Shown here: positions 1-9,272 of the stretch, piece after piece
How the letters are laid out: every line of letters begins with the position of its first letter
Position numbering within the stretch: position 1 is the stretch's first letter
NCBI GenBank assembly: GCA_020160975.1
Contig: JAIUPJ010000001.1
Location: 690,001 to 722,000 of the forward strand
Reading direction: 5' to 3'
DNA length: 32,000 nt
Source: Candidatus Saccharimonadota bacterium
GTDB lineage: Bacteria > Patescibacteriota > Saccharimonadia > Saccharimonadales > Saccharimonadaceae
Translations under genes and position numbers: made by a program
Notes under the pieces: model-generated
Database searches by the model: none
What the model saw: the letters and a program-made list of their open reading frames with translations, nothing else
Told to the model about the DNA's origin: nothing

Positions 1-1
1 T

Positions 2-391
2 GTTATCACTACCCCACCCCATACTCCCCTGCCCGATCGACTCGAAGAAATCTACGATGGCCTCAGTGGTATTATTGCCGAGACCAAACCAACAGTCATG
101 GCAATCGAAAAGCTGTATTTTGCGCGCAATGTCACGACGGCGATCTCTGTCTCGCACGCGCGCGGTGTGGCAATGCTAACCGGGCGGCAGGCAAGGCTGC
201 AGATCGAGGAATACACACCGCTGCAAATTAAACAGTCGCTGACAGGCTATGGCAAGGCTGACAAAAAGCAGGTGCAGGAAATGGTGCGAATTCACCTAGG
301 CCTCAAGGAAGTGCCAAAACCAGACGATTGTGCTGATGCTCTGGCGACGGCGATTATGTGCGCCTTCATGTTGCGCGGGCAGGACAAGTAG
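2..391 (+). CDS. ruvC: Crossover junction endodeoxyribonuclease RuvC, C-terminal part (5' end upstream of window)
   Basis: Frame 2 is open from the window edge (VITTPPHTPLPDRLEEIYDGLSGIIAETKPTVMAIEKLYFARN...). This matches the RuvC pattern of a catalytic E in AIEKLYF and a C-terminal DDCADALA acidic motif. It is followed by ruvA and ruvB downstream. Confidence 0.85.
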   Translation, partial: VITTPPHTPLPDRLEEIYDGLSGIIAETKPTVMAIEKLYFARNVTTAISVSHARGVAMLTGRQARLQIEEYTPLQIKQSLTGYGKADKKQVQEMVRIHLGLKEVPKPDDCADALATAIMCAFMLRGQDK

Positions 392-406
392 TATAATGGG
401 TGGAGC

Positions 407-2797
407 ATGAATCGAAAGAAGCAACCAGCTCATCTTGGACAGTATGCAAACCTCGCTAAGCGCAAGCGAGTAGCACGCGTGCGGGCGAGACGAACGGGAC
501 GATTTGCCTGGTTTTGGAATCTTAGTCGCAAGAAAAAATTGTTGCTACTAGCAGCACCTATCGTTATTTTTTTGATTGCCACGCCGTTGGTGACCTATCT
601 CATGTTGGTAAATGACATTCGCGACCCTGAGCGTTTGATGAACCGCAACAATACCGGCATTGTGCTCGAGGATGCCAGCGGTGCTCCGTTCTTTACTGTG
701 GGCCGCGCTGAACATCGCAATCAAGTGCCGCTTGACCAAATATCGGACCCGATGAAAAAGGCACTGATCGCGAGTGAAGATAAAGATTTTTATAAGCACG
801 GAGGCTTCAGCGCCTTTAGTATTGCGCGCGCGCTGGTGACACGGACGGGCGGTGGTTCAACCCTGACTCAGCAATTGGTGAAGAACACATTACTAACCGA
901 CGAGCATAGTTTTTTGCGCAAGTACCAAGAATTATTTATGGCGGTTGCCGTTGAGCAAAATTACACCAAAGACGAGATCCTAGATATGTATCTCAACTCA
1001 GTGTATTTTGGTGAAAATGCTTTTGGTATCGACGATGCTGCGCGGGTGTATTTCAATAAATCGCCAAATGAGCTGACAGTCGCGGAAAGCGCCATGCTCG
1101 TAGGCCTCTTGCCTGCCCCAAGCGCTTACTCGCCGATTAGCGGCACTATGGAGTATGCAAAATCGCGCCAAAATCGTGTACTATCTCGCATGGTGACCGA
1201 GGGGTATATCACCGAAGCAGAAAAAACCGCGGCCTACAATCAGGAATTGGCATACGGCAAAGGTGCGTCAACAGACAATACTACTGCACCGCATTTCGTC
1301 GAGATGGTGATCAACCAGCTGAGTGAGAAATACGGGTATGAAACGGTGATGCGTTCGGGTTACCAAGTTAAGACGACGCTTGATTTGGATGCGCAAAAGA
1401 AGCTTGAGGACAGTGTCGCGGCGGGCATGCCGCATATCAATGCAATGGGAGGCAGCAATGCAAGCGGCATCGTGATCGACCCAAAGAGTGGCGCAATTCG
1501 TGCGCTCGTGGGAAGCGCGGACTATAACAATGATAAGTGGGGCAAAGTAAACATGGTGACAACGGCACGCCAGCCGGGCTCCAGCTTCAAGCCGATTTAT
1601 TATGCGGCAGCTCTTGCCGATGGTGTGATTACACCTGCGACGATTCTGCATGATGTGCGCACTGATTTCGGTGGCGGCTATGTGCCGCTCGATGCCGACA
1701 AAAAATTCCGCGGCGATATCTCGGTTCGGCGTGCAATTAGCCAGTCGCTCAACATTCCAAGCGTTGAGGTGATGCAAAAATACACCATCGACAAATCAGT
1801 CGCTGCGGCTAACAATCTCGGCATCTCGACAGTGAAAAAAGACGGGAATTATGGTCTGGCGCTGGCGCTCGGCGCAGCAGAGGTTCCGCTGGAGCAAATG
1901 ACAAATGCCTATGCAGCGTTTGCCAATCAAGGAGTGCAGCATACGCCAATTCTTGTCACGGGCATCAACAATAAATTTGGTAAGAGTATTTTCACGGCTC
2001 CTACGACAAGCAAACAAGCTATCAACAAAGACGGTGCCTTTCTCATTTCAAGCATTTTGAGCGATAACGCAGCGCGAGCGCCCATATTTGGTGGTAGTCT
2101 AACGGTAAACGGGCATACGGTTGCGGTAAAAACGGGGACAACCAACGACAGTCGTGATGCCTGGACGATTGGTTATAATCCAGACTACGCGGTGGGCGTG
2201 TGGGTCGGAAACAATGACAACACGGCGATGGCGAGTGGCGGATCGGACATGGCTGGGCCAATCTGGCGTAATACAATGACGAAGTTGTTGGCGGACAAGC
2301 CCAATACGCAATTCCCTGTCCCAAGCAGTATCGTACAACGAGATGTTTGTACGGCAAATGGGGGTCTGGCGGACAAGAAAGGGCCAAATACCTACAACGA
2401 GTTCTTTATGTCTGGCGCGTTACCGACAACTAGTTGTACTGCTACGCCAACTATGATTGATGTATGTGATACCGCGACTGGCAAGGTGATTTCAATCGAC
2501 GAGACGAAGTTTGATGCAGGCACACAGAGCAAGGACACGGCAAATTGTAAGCCGCCAACGATTCAAGCTTGTGATCTATCGACAGGAAAAGTCGTGACGA
2601 TCGAGCAATCAGCCTACAATGAGACCAGCTATTCAAAGGATGTAGACAACTGCAAAAAACAGGATTCAAACCAGACGGTAGCTGCATGTAACCTCACGAC
2701 ACACAAAGTAGAGCAAGTCGATCCCACGACCTACGACCAGACGAAATACACGCTGCAATTTACCAAGCAAGGCAGCAATTGTACGCCCACACCCTAG
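407..2797 (+). CDS. Class A penicillin-binding protein (GT51 transglycosylase + transpeptidase) with a C-terminal Cys-bracketed triple repeat
   Basis: N-terminal basic tail and one TM helix. GT51 motifs EDKDFYKHGG and GGSTLTQQLVKN. Transpeptidase motifs SSFKP (SxxK), SLN (SxN) and KTGTT. A -10-like TATAAT lies at 392-397. Confidence 0.9.
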   Translation: MNRKKQPAHLGQYANLAKRKRVARVRARRTGRFAWFWNLSRKKKLLLLAAPIVIFLIATPLVTYLMLVNDIRDPERLMNRNNTGIVLEDASGAPFFTVGRAEHRNQVPLDQISDPMKKALIASEDKDFYKHGGFSAFSIARALVTRTGGGSTLTQQLVKNTLLTDEHSFLRKYQELFMAVAVEQNYTKDEILDMYLNSVYFGENAFGIDDAARVYFNKSPNELTVAESAMLVGLLPAPSAYSPISGTMEYAKSRQNRVLSRMVTEGYITEAEKTAAYNQELAYGKGASTDNTTAPHFVEMVINQLSEKYGYETVMRSGYQVKTTLDLDAQKKLEDSVAAGMPHINAMGGSNASGIVIDPKSGAIRALVGSADYNNDKWGKVNMVTTARQPGSSFKPIYYAAALADGVITPATILHDVRTDFGGGYVPLDADKKFRGDISVRRAISQSLNIPSVEVMQKYTIDKSVAAANNLGISTVKKDGNYGLALALGAAEVPLEQMTNAYAAFANQGVQHTPILVTGINNKFGKSIFTAPTTSKQAINKDGAFLISSILSDNAARAPIFGGSLTVNGHTVAVKTGTTNDSRDAWTIGYNPDYAVGVWVGNNDNTAMASGGSDMAGPIWRNTMTKLLADKPNTQFPVPSSIVQRDVCTANGGLADKKGPNTYNEFFMSGALPTTSCTATPTMIDVCDTATGKVISIDETKFDAGTQSKDTANCKPPTIQACDLSTGKVVTIEQSAYNETSYSKDVDNCKKQDSNQTVAACNLTTHKVEQVDPTTYDQTKYTLQFTKQGSNCTPTP

Positions 2798-2928
2798 TGC
2801 ACGCACATGCCAGCAGCGCGACAAGCAAAAAAGCAAAATTATTATCTCGAGTCACGCAAGCGGTAGGGAGGGGTGGTGATGTGTCGAATCCACTTTGATG
2901 AATCATTGGGAGGGCAGGCCGTCCCTGT

Positions 2929-2934
2929 TATACT
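2929..2934 (+). promoter_or_regulatory. -10-like box TATACT, 6 nt upstream of the ruvA ATG (leaderless-type arrangement)
   Basis: The 15-mer TATACTAAGACTATG is identical to the sequence in front of bcp (26209-26223). It is preceded by the GC-rich imperfect palindrome GGGAGGGCAGGCCGTCCC (2908-2925). Confidence 0.45.
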
Positions 2935-2940
2935 AAGACT

Positions 2941-3513
2941 ATGATTGCACACGTATTTGGGACAGTGGCCGAAAAGTTTGCGGGAACAGTGATTGTAGAT
3001 GTGGCTGGAATTGGCTATGAAGTCAGCGTGGCGGCGGGTGACTATGATGCAGCGTTGCTGGGGCAAGAGATCAAACTCTACACTCATCATCATATTCGTG
3101 AGCAGAGCCAAGAATTGTTTGGGTTTTCATCGCTCGCAGCAAAAAAACTGTTTGAAATGCTGATTACGGTGCAAGGTGTCGGGCCAAAAGCGGCGCTAGC
3201 GATTCTTAGTCTCGACACGGCTGAGAATGTACGTAATGCCATCGCCAATGCCGATAGCGTCTACCTGGCGCGCGCTAGTGGTGTTGGTAAAAAAACCGCC
3301 GAGGGTGTGGTGGTGAAGCTGAGCGACAAAGTTGGCATGCCGGTTATCTACAAGCAATCCAGCAGCGTACAGACCGAGCTCAAAACCAGCGACGAAGCAC
3401 TCGAGGCATTGATTGCACTCGGCTACTCGCTCCAAGATGCCACGAGGGCACTCGAGCATGTCGATACAAAATTATCCACCAGCGAACGTGTGCGAGAGGC
3501 GCTGAAGGGGTAA
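2941..3513 (+). CDS. ruvA: Holliday junction branch migration complex subunit RuvA
   Basis: N-terminus MIAHVFGTV...VIVDVAGIGYEVSV is the typical RuvA OB domain. The helix-hairpin-helix region has VQGVGPKAALAILS and ASGVGKKTAE. A C-terminal domain III is present. It sits upstream of ruvB. Confidence 0.92.
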   Translation: MIAHVFGTVAEKFAGTVIVDVAGIGYEVSVAAGDYDAALLGQEIKLYTHHHIREQSQELFGFSSLAAKKLFEMLITVQGVGPKAALAILSLDTAENVRNAIANADSVYLARASGVGKKTAEGVVVKLSDKVGMPVIYKQSSSVQTELKTSDEALEALIALGYSLQDATRALEHVDTKLSTSERVREALKG

Positions 3514-3514
3514 T

Positions 3515-4054
3515 ATGTCTGAAACGTTAATCCAACTTGTTGATGAAAATGATGTGCCGCTGCGGGGCGGAACGATGGATGAAGCGCAGTTGGAGGGGTT
3601 TTGGCATCGAGTGACAGGCGTAATGGTCAAAGATTCGAGAAGGGGCAAGTACCTACTCCAGAAGATTGCGCCTAATCCATACTACAATGGTGGAAAATGG
3701 AATGTAACCTCCACAGGTCATGTTGACGACGGAGAGTCTTATGTTGATGCAGCAGCACGAGAAGCTGAAGAAGAAATGGGAATTGTTGGTTTGAATCTCG
3801 TAGAATTCGATGCGTATCGTGCAGAAAAGGAAGCGTATCGCACCGGCAGGAACCGGATGTACAAGAGGCATTATAAGATATTTTTGGCAGAAGCTAACAG
3901 CGATAATCTAGTAGTTTCTCCCGACGAGTCAGAAGTTGAGGAAGTGGTTTGGATGTCTGGAGATGAGCTAACTCGAATAAGGGCTAAGTCGCCGCAGCTA
4001 TTTTCGGATACTTTAAATCGATTTATCGATAGGGAATTTCCTAATGGCAATTGA
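3515..4054 (+). CDS. Nudix hydrolase (IDI/YfcD-like subfamily)
   Basis: Nudix box [23 protein letters not shown] (Gx5Ex7REUxEExGU). It starts 1 nt after the ruvA stop and overlaps the ruvB start by 11 nt. Confidence 0.8.
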   Translation: MSETLIQLVDENDVPLRGGTMDEAQLEGFWHRVTGVMVKDSRRGKYLLQKIAPNPYYNGGKWNVTSTGHVDDGESYVDAAAREAEEEMGIVGLNLVEFDAYRAEKEAYRTGRNRMYKRHYKIFLAEANSDNLVVSPDESEVEEVVWMSGDELTRIRAKSPQLFSDTLNRFIDREFPNGN

Positions 4055-5060
4055 ACGCATCATCGACACCAGTAGTCACGAAGATGACCCCGAAGAGCAG
4101 CGAATCGAAGTCAGTTTGCGCCCGCAGAGTTTTGCTGAATATGTCGGGCAGGAGCGGCTGAAGAAAAACTTAAAGCTGGCGATCGATGCGGCCAAAAAAC
4201 GCGGCGAGCCGATTGATCATGTGTTACTCTATGGCCCGCCAGGCCTCGGCAAGACGACCATGGCAACAGTGATAGCGAATGAAATGGGGACGAATATTCG
4301 CATCACCGCAGGGCCTGCGATTGAGCGAGCAGGAGACCTCGCGAGTATTCTGACCAACCTCCAAGACGGCGATATTTTATTTATCGACGAAATTCACCGG
4401 CTGGGCAGAGCGGTCGAAGAAGTACTGTATGCGGCCATGGAAGACTACAAACTCGACATTGTGATTGGTAAAGGACCGGCGGCGCGTAGCGTACGTCTGG
4501 ACTTACCACGTTTTACTGTTATCGGTGCGACAACACGAACGGGTAGTTTGGCGGCACCGCTACGTGATCGATTTGGTCATATTTATCGACTTGAGTTCTA
4601 TACTTTTGAAGAGATTGCCAAGATTATTTCGCGGGCAGCACACATCCTCGAGAGCAAAATCGACACAAAGGCGGCCGAGCTCCTGAGCACTCGTGCTCGT
4701 CTGACACCACGGATTGCGAATCGCCTACTGAAGCGCGTGCGCGACTATGCCGATGTCAATGGCGATGGAATTATCGATGAGCCAACAACGTCACGGGCGC
4801 TGACCATGATGGAGATCGATGATTTGGGGCTTGATCCGGCTGACCGTAACTTGCTGGGGAGCATGATTGAAGCCTATGGAAATAATCCTGTGGGCTTGAC
4901 AACGATCGCTGCGCTAACTGGCGATGAAGCGACGACAATTGAGGACTTTTACGAGCCGTATTTGCTACAGATTGGTTTCATCGAACGTACGCCACGGGGT
5001 AGACGGGTGACAGCGCGAGCGTATAAGCACATGGGGAAGACGGACAAGCTTGCAGAATAA
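4044..5060 (+). CDS. ruvB: Holliday junction branch migration DNA helicase RuvB
   Basis: Walker [10 protein letters not shown], Walker [10 protein letters not shown], sensor GATTRTG, and a C-terminal winged helix ending in FIERTPRGR. Confidence 0.95.
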   Translation: MAIERIIDTSSHEDDPEEQRIEVSLRPQSFAEYVGQERLKKNLKLAIDAAKKRGEPIDHVLLYGPPGLGKTTMATVIANEMGTNIRITAGPAIERAGDLASILTNLQDGDILFIDEIHRLGRAVEEVLYAAMEDYKLDIVIGKGPAARSVRLDLPRFTVIGATTRTGSLAAPLRDRFGHIYRLEFYTFEEIAKIISRAAHILESKIDTKAAELLSTRARLTPRIANRLLKRVRDYADVNGDGIIDEPTTSRALTMMEIDDLGLDPADRNLLGSMIEAYGNNPVGLTTIAALTGDEATTIEDFYEPYLLQIGFIERTPRGRRVTARAYKHMGKTDKLAE

Positions 5061-5074
5061 GGTATAATAATGGC

Positions 5075-5962
5075 ATGGTAGTTCCATTACTGAAAAAGTG
5101 GGAGCACAGAGTACGATCCATTATGAGTGAACGAATACACGAAGATATCAGAAACAAACGAATCGAGGCTGCCCAAGAGGTACCACTGCCGGGTTCACCT
5201 GCACCTGAGGAAGTCCAGGCGCAAAAGCCGGTTGCCTATGACGCAGACGGCCGCCCGCTGTATGCGGCTCCTGTCGAGGCGGTGCCAGCAGCACCAGCAG
5301 AGGAGCTACCAGCTCAGCACCAGGTGGTGCATGTTTCGCGAGCAACCGAGCCTGTGGCAGTGCCGATTTCTGATGAAACGCGCAAAAAGCATGAAGCTGC
5401 CAAGAGGGCGTACCCATCGCTCAATTTGAGTGAGCACGAGTACATCATCCGTGCAGTGCGGCGCCATCCGGTGGGGATGCTAGGGCCGCTGCTTGCAACC
5501 GGCCTGTCGATTACATTGATGTTCATTTTGATTATGAACTATCCATATTTTAGCGATGTGTTGGGGTTGCCAATGAGCTCGTATGGTCTGGTTCTATTGA
5601 TGGGAGTATTGCTATCGGTACTCTTTTTGATCGGCGGGTACTTGGCAATATGGGTATATCTCAACAATCGGTTTTTCTTGACGAACGAAAGTGTGATCCA
5701 GGAGCTGCAGACAAGTGTCTTTTCTCGCAAAGAGCAAACAGTGAGTTTGATGAACATCGAGGATGCAAGTTTTAGCCAGAAAGGCGTGTTCCAGACAATG
5801 TTGAACTATGGATCAATACGTCTAAGTACCGAGGGTGATGAGACGACCTATCGATTTGATTTTGTTGCTAACCCAAAAGAGCATATCGCCGTACTCAACA
5901 ATGCGGTCGAGTGTTTCAAGAACGGCCGCCCGATCGAAGATATATCGAACAGCGATAATTAA
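5075..5962 (+). CDS. Membrane protein with bacterial PH (YdbS/YdbT-like, bPH_2) domain and a Pro/Ala-rich N-terminal region
   Basis: EHEYIIRAVRRHP is followed by two TM helices and a C-terminal beta-rich segment, as in YdbS/YdbT-type PH proteins. TATAAT at 5063-5068 lies exactly 6 nt before ATG 5075. An internal ATG at 5123 is an alternative start. Confidence 0.6.
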   Translation: MVVPLLKKWEHRVRSIMSERIHEDIRNKRIEAAQEVPLPGSPAPEEVQAQKPVAYDADGRPLYAAPVEAVPAAPAEELPAQHQVVHVSRATEPVAVPISDETRKKHEAAKRAYPSLNLSEHEYIIRAVRRHPVGMLGPLLATGLSITLMFILIMNYPYFSDVLGLPMSSYGLVLLMGVLLSVLFLIGGYLAIWVYLNNRFFLTNESVIQELQTSVFSRKEQTVSLMNIEDASFSQKGVFQTMLNYGSIRLSTEGDETTYRFDFVANPKEHIAVLNNAVECFKNGRPIEDISNSDN

Positions 5963-5965
5963 TGC

Positions 5966-6361
5966 CTAGTTATTGCGATTTGTTTTGATGTAATCTGCCT
6001 CACGCTCGAGACTCGAGCGGAGTTCGTAGCCTTTACAGTGATTATCGGTGGTACAGTCTTTGCCCGTGTAGCGGTAGTCGGCTCCCTCTTCACCTAGCTT
6101 GACTCCCAGTGGGTCAGTAAAAAGTCCTGGGTCCATAGCGCGCAATGTCTTGCTGTCGATATTTGCGGGATAATAGTGGTTCTTCTCGTAGAACACTTCT
6201 TCCAGATTGTAATACATGGCGTTGATGGCAATCTTGCGCTGGGAATCTCGCTGTACGGCGTCAACACGGGATTTCTCACTAAAGAACAGCCAGCTGCCCA
6301 CAGCCAAGACGACGATAATAACAAGAAGTTCGAGCACAGTAAAACCAGACGTACGTTTCAT
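5966..6361 (-). CDS. Type IV pilin / pseudopilin with prepilin N-methylation signal
   Basis: MKRTSG|FTVLELLVIIVVLAV matches the class III signal peptide (G/FTxxE plus a hydrophobic helix). A C-terminal Cys pair (CTTDNHC) resembles a D-region disulfide. I use the ATG at 6361 rather than the ORF-track start at 6406, because TATAAT (6368-6373, minus strand) lies 6 nt upstream of it. Confidence 0.8.
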   Translation of the reverse strand: MKRTSGFTVLELLVIIVVLAVGSWLFFSEKSRVDAVQRDSQRKIAINAMYYNLEEVFYEKNHYYPANIDSKTLRAMDPGLFTDPLGVKLGEEGADYRYTGKDCTTDNHCKGYELRSSLEREADYIKTNRNN

Positions 6362-6468
6362 GTGATTATTATAGCAAATATGTGCGCTTATGTTTGTACT
6401 TACCATAACAACGGAGTACGCTAGGCGTATCAGTGGTATAATAAAGAGAGTAATAAAGGGGGAGTGAC

Positions 6469-7506
6469 GTGGCTAAAAAGACTGAAAGTAAAGTGCTGGC
6501 CGAGAAGCCAACTGCCGACGAGGGAAAACTAAAAGCGCTAGGGCTAGCGATGGATCAAATCACCAAGCAATTTGGTGATGGCAGTATCATGAAATTGGGT
6601 GAGGCAAAAAAAGTAGATGTCGAGCTATTGCCGAGCGGAGCACTATCGCTTGATATTGCCCTTGGCGGCGGCTATCCTAAAGGCCGTATCATCGAGATTT
6701 ATGGCCCAGAATCTTCGGGTAAAACAACTTTGACGCTGCATGCGATTGCTGAAATTCAGCGCCAAGGTGGCACGGCGGCATTTATCGACGCCGAGCACGC
6801 GCTTGACCCTGCGTACGCCAAGAAACTCGGTGTTGATACTGATAATCTATTGGTGAGCCAGCCGGATAATGGCGAGCAAGCCCTAGAGATTTGTGAAACC
6901 TTGGTGCGCAGCAATGCGGTTGATTTGATTGTCGTGGATAGTGTGGCGGCATTGGTGCCACAGGCTGAAATTGATGGTGATATGGGCGATAGCCATATGG
7001 GTCTTCAGGCACGTTTGATGAGCCAGGCGCTCCGCAAGTTGACGGGTATTATCAATAAGTCGCATGCGACGGTTATCTTCATCAACCAAATTCGTATGAA
7101 GATCGGCGTGATGTTTGGTAATCCAGAGACGACAACTGGTGGTAATGCCTTAAAATTCTACGCCTCAGTCCGCGCCGACATCCGCCGCACCGGGCAGATC
7201 AAAGAGGGCGAAGAAATCATCGGTAATCGTACCAAGGTGAAGATCGTTAAGAACAAGATTGCTCCGCCATTTAGAATTGCCGAATTTGACATCATGTACA
7301 ACGAAGGCATCTCTAAGACCGGCGACGTACTCGACCTCGCAGTACAACACGGCATTGTCGGCAAAGCTGGTGCATGGTTTGATTATAACGATGCGAAGAT
7401 TGGCCAGGGCCGCGAGCAGACCAAGAAATACTTAAAAGAAAACCCAGAAGTCCTCGCTGAAATCGAGCAAAAGGTTCGCGAAAAAGTAGCTTCTGAGAAC
7501 GAATAG
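6469..7506 (+). CDS. recA: Recombinase RecA
   Basis: Walker [10 protein letters not shown], Walker [11 protein letters not shown], and the L2 region [29 protein letters not shown] start with Shine-Dalgarno AAGGGGGAG 6455-6463. Extended -10 TGGTATAAT at 6434-6442. Confidence 0.97.
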   Translation: MAKKTESKVLAEKPTADEGKLKALGLAMDQITKQFGDGSIMKLGEAKKVDVELLPSGALSLDIALGGGYPKGRIIEIYGPESSGKTTLTLHAIAEIQRQGGTAAFIDAEHALDPAYAKKLGVDTDNLLVSQPDNGEQALEICETLVRSNAVDLIVVDSVAALVPQAEIDGDMGDSHMGLQARLMSQALRKLTGIINKSHATVIFINQIRMKIGVMFGNPETTTGGNALKFYASVRADIRRTGQIKEGEEIIGNRTKVKIVKNKIAPPFRIAEFDIMYNEGISKTGDVLDLAVQHGIVGKAGAWFDYNDAKIGQGREQTKKYLKENPEVLAEIEQKVREKVASENE

Positions 7507-7507
7507 T

Positions 7508-8038
7508 ATGGCAAAGGAGCAGGCGTTTTTCAAGAATGGTCTGATGGCCGAAGGCATTGCGATCGATCGTGATGAGTTTGATGAGTCTGGCTACTACCAG
7601 GGGACGGTGCATGTTTGGCTTTACCGCAAAACTGAAAGCACGACAGAGGTATTGCTGCAAAAACGTGCTGCCACAAAACCAGTGCGACCAGGCGAGTTTG
7701 ATATTTCGGCCGCAGGGCATATTGATGAGGGTGAATCGCCTATAGAGACTGCAGTGCGCGAGACGTGCGAAATGCTTGGATTGGTGGTCGCACCTGATGA
7801 GCTGGAGCTTGCTTTTGTGATTCGTAAAACAGACCTCAAGAAAAGCATCGCGACAGTGTATTTGTATGAAGTCGATGACTCGTTCACTGCGACAATTACT
7901 GATGGTGAAGTCGAATCGATATTGTGGACGCCAATTGATGAGTTTAAGGCTATGACGGTAGATCCCGCTCGACACCTACTAGCCGAACACGGCAATGGAT
8001 ACTATGCAGTGTTAATTGAGCGGTTAGAAAGAGTGTAG
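7508..8038 (+). CDS. Nudix hydrolase (IDI/YfcD-like, paralogous in layout to 3515-4054)
   Basis: Nudix box GHIDEGESPIETAVRETCEMLGL. It starts 1 nt after the recA stop. Confidence 0.8.
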   Translation: MAKEQAFFKNGLMAEGIAIDRDEFDESGYYQGTVHVWLYRKTESTTEVLLQKRAATKPVRPGEFDISAAGHIDEGESPIETAVRETCEMLGLVVAPDELELAFVIRKTDLKKSIATVYLYEVDDSFTATITDGEVESILWTPIDEFKAMTVDPARHLLAEHGNGYYAVLIERLERV

Positions 8039-8040
8039 CC

Positions 8041-8628
8041 ATGAGGAAGCGACGAGCCGCACTACTGCACGGAACAGACGGTGGCCCAAACGAGCTGCGG
8101 TGGCAGGGTTGGCTTGCGAGACAATTTCAAGAGAGTGGCTACGATGTGTACTTTCCGCAGCTTCCAGACTCCCATACACCAAATCTAAAAACGTACGATC
8201 AATTCTTGAAAAATTCTGGTTGGGATTTTTCTGATAGTGTTCTGATTGGACACTCGTCGGGTGCTACAACAACACTTCACTTACTGCAGCAGGATTGGTT
8301 TCCACATGTGCGGGCAGTGGTGCTGGTTGGGACATTTCTCAACGAGCGATTGCTAAGTGCCGCATCATGGTATGTGCAAGGCCAATTCGATGATCTTTTT
8401 GTCGAAGAATTTGATGTCATAAATATTAAATCAAAGGCCGATGCATTTTACTTTGTTCATGGGGATAACGATCCGTATTGTGACTACGATGAGGCGAAGG
8501 TGCTGTGCGCTAAGCTTGGCGGTCTGTTTATTACGATGCGCGGTGGAGGTCATATTGCGAAGACGGCAAATATTGCTCAGCTGCCTGGGCTCGTGAAGCG
8601 TCTAAAGGCAGATGAGATTTTGAATTGA
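8041..8628 (+). CDS. Alpha/beta serine hydrolase, RBBP9/YdeN-like
   Basis: About 190 aa. Nucleophile elbow LIGHSSGA (GxSxG-like), acid in VHGDNDPY, and His in GGGH. This order and size fit the YdeN/RBBP9 family. Confidence 0.65.
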   Translation: MRKRRAALLHGTDGGPNELRWQGWLARQFQESGYDVYFPQLPDSHTPNLKTYDQFLKNSGWDFSDSVLIGHSSGATTTLHLLQQDWFPHVRAVVLVGTFLNERLLSAASWYVQGQFDDLFVEEFDVINIKSKADAFYFVHGDNDPYCDYDEAKVLCAKLGGLFITMRGGGHIAKTANIAQLPGLVKRLKADEILN

Positions 8629-9272
8629 AAATCACTGACATTTCGTTACAGGCCAAAAATCCCGATAGAGTGAATGTATCGGTTGATGGCAAGTATCGAT
8701 TTAGTCTCGACGTGTTTCAAGTGAGCGAGTTGGGAGTGAAGCTTGGTAAAGAGTATACCGATGAGGAGTTGCAAGAACTAGAGACCGAGAGTCAATTCGG
8801 TAAGCTCTATGGGAGGGCACTAGAGTATTGCATGCTGCGACCTCATAGTGTTCGCGAAGTGCGTGATTATTTGTACCGCAAGACCTTGACCAAGAAATAT
8901 CGGGACAGGAAAGGCGAAGTGAAGGAAAGGCAGGGCTACTCCCCTGCCCTGACGTCACGCGTGTTGGACAAATTACAACAGAAGCAATACGTCAGCGATG
9001 AGAACTTTGCGCGCTGGTGGATAGAGAATCGAAATCTCACTAAAGGCACTTCCCTGCGCAAACTGACGGCCGAGCTACGGGCGAAGGGAGTAGCGGGCAG
9101 TATCATCGAGGAAGTGCTGGGTGAGTCTGAGAGGACCGATGAGGATGAGCTTGCTAAGATCATTGCAAAAAAACGTGGCAAATACGCTGACGATCAAAAG
9201 TTGATGTCTTACCTGGCGCGCCAAGGGTTTGGCTATGATGATATCAAATCAGCGTTGAAAGACTTGGGTTGA
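8625..9272 (+). CDS. recX: Regulatory protein RecX
   Basis: The N-terminal beta-hairpin pattern (RVNVSVDGKYRFSLD) followed by three helical repeats (ALEYCMLRPHSVREVRDYL, ..YVSDENFARWW.., ..YLARQGFGYDDIKSAL) is typical of RecX. The TTG start overlaps the previous stop (TTGA). Confidence 0.8.
   Translation: MKITDISLQAKNPDRVNVSVDGKYRFSLDVFQVSELGVKLGKEYTDEELQELETESQFGKLYGRALEYCMLRPHSVREVRDYLYRKTLTKKYRDRKGEVKERQGYSPALTSRVLDKLQQKQYVSDENFARWWIENRNLTKGTSLRKLTAELRAKGVAGSIIEEVLGESERTDEDELAKIIAKKRGKYADDQKLMSYLARQGFGYDDIKSALKDLG

Noticed and set aside
1268-2687. Series of 63-169-aa minus-strand ORFs inside the PBP gene
   Set aside because: All are antisense to a motif-rich PBP and have low-complexity or Arg/His/Cys-rich translations. 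They are shadow ORFs.
2450-2794. PBP C-terminal repeats, and the 61-bp repeats, considered as DGR template/variable repeat pairs
   Set aside because: There is no reverse transcriptase gene in the window. The PBP repeats are diverged at all base types rather than at adenines only. The 61-bp repeats are identical.
2870-2900. T-loop-like string GTGTCGAATCCAC in the PBP-ruvA intergenic region, considered as a possible tRNA
   Set aside because: No 5-bp T-stem, acceptor stem or anticodon arm can be drawn around it.
5127-5429. 100-aa alternate-frame ORF within the PH-domain membrane protein gene
   Set aside because: The translation is highly basic and low-complexity in the Pro/Ala-rich region of the main frame. 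It is most likely a frame artefact of GC-rich repetitive codons.
7313-7975. 220-aa ORF (and a 124-aa ORF at 7621-7995) antisense to the recA 3' end and the Nudix gene
   Set aside because: The translation is Cys/Arg/Leu-rich with no recognisable motif or start context. It fully overlaps two well-supported plus-strand genes. This is typical shadow-ORF behaviour in moderately GC-rich coding DNA.
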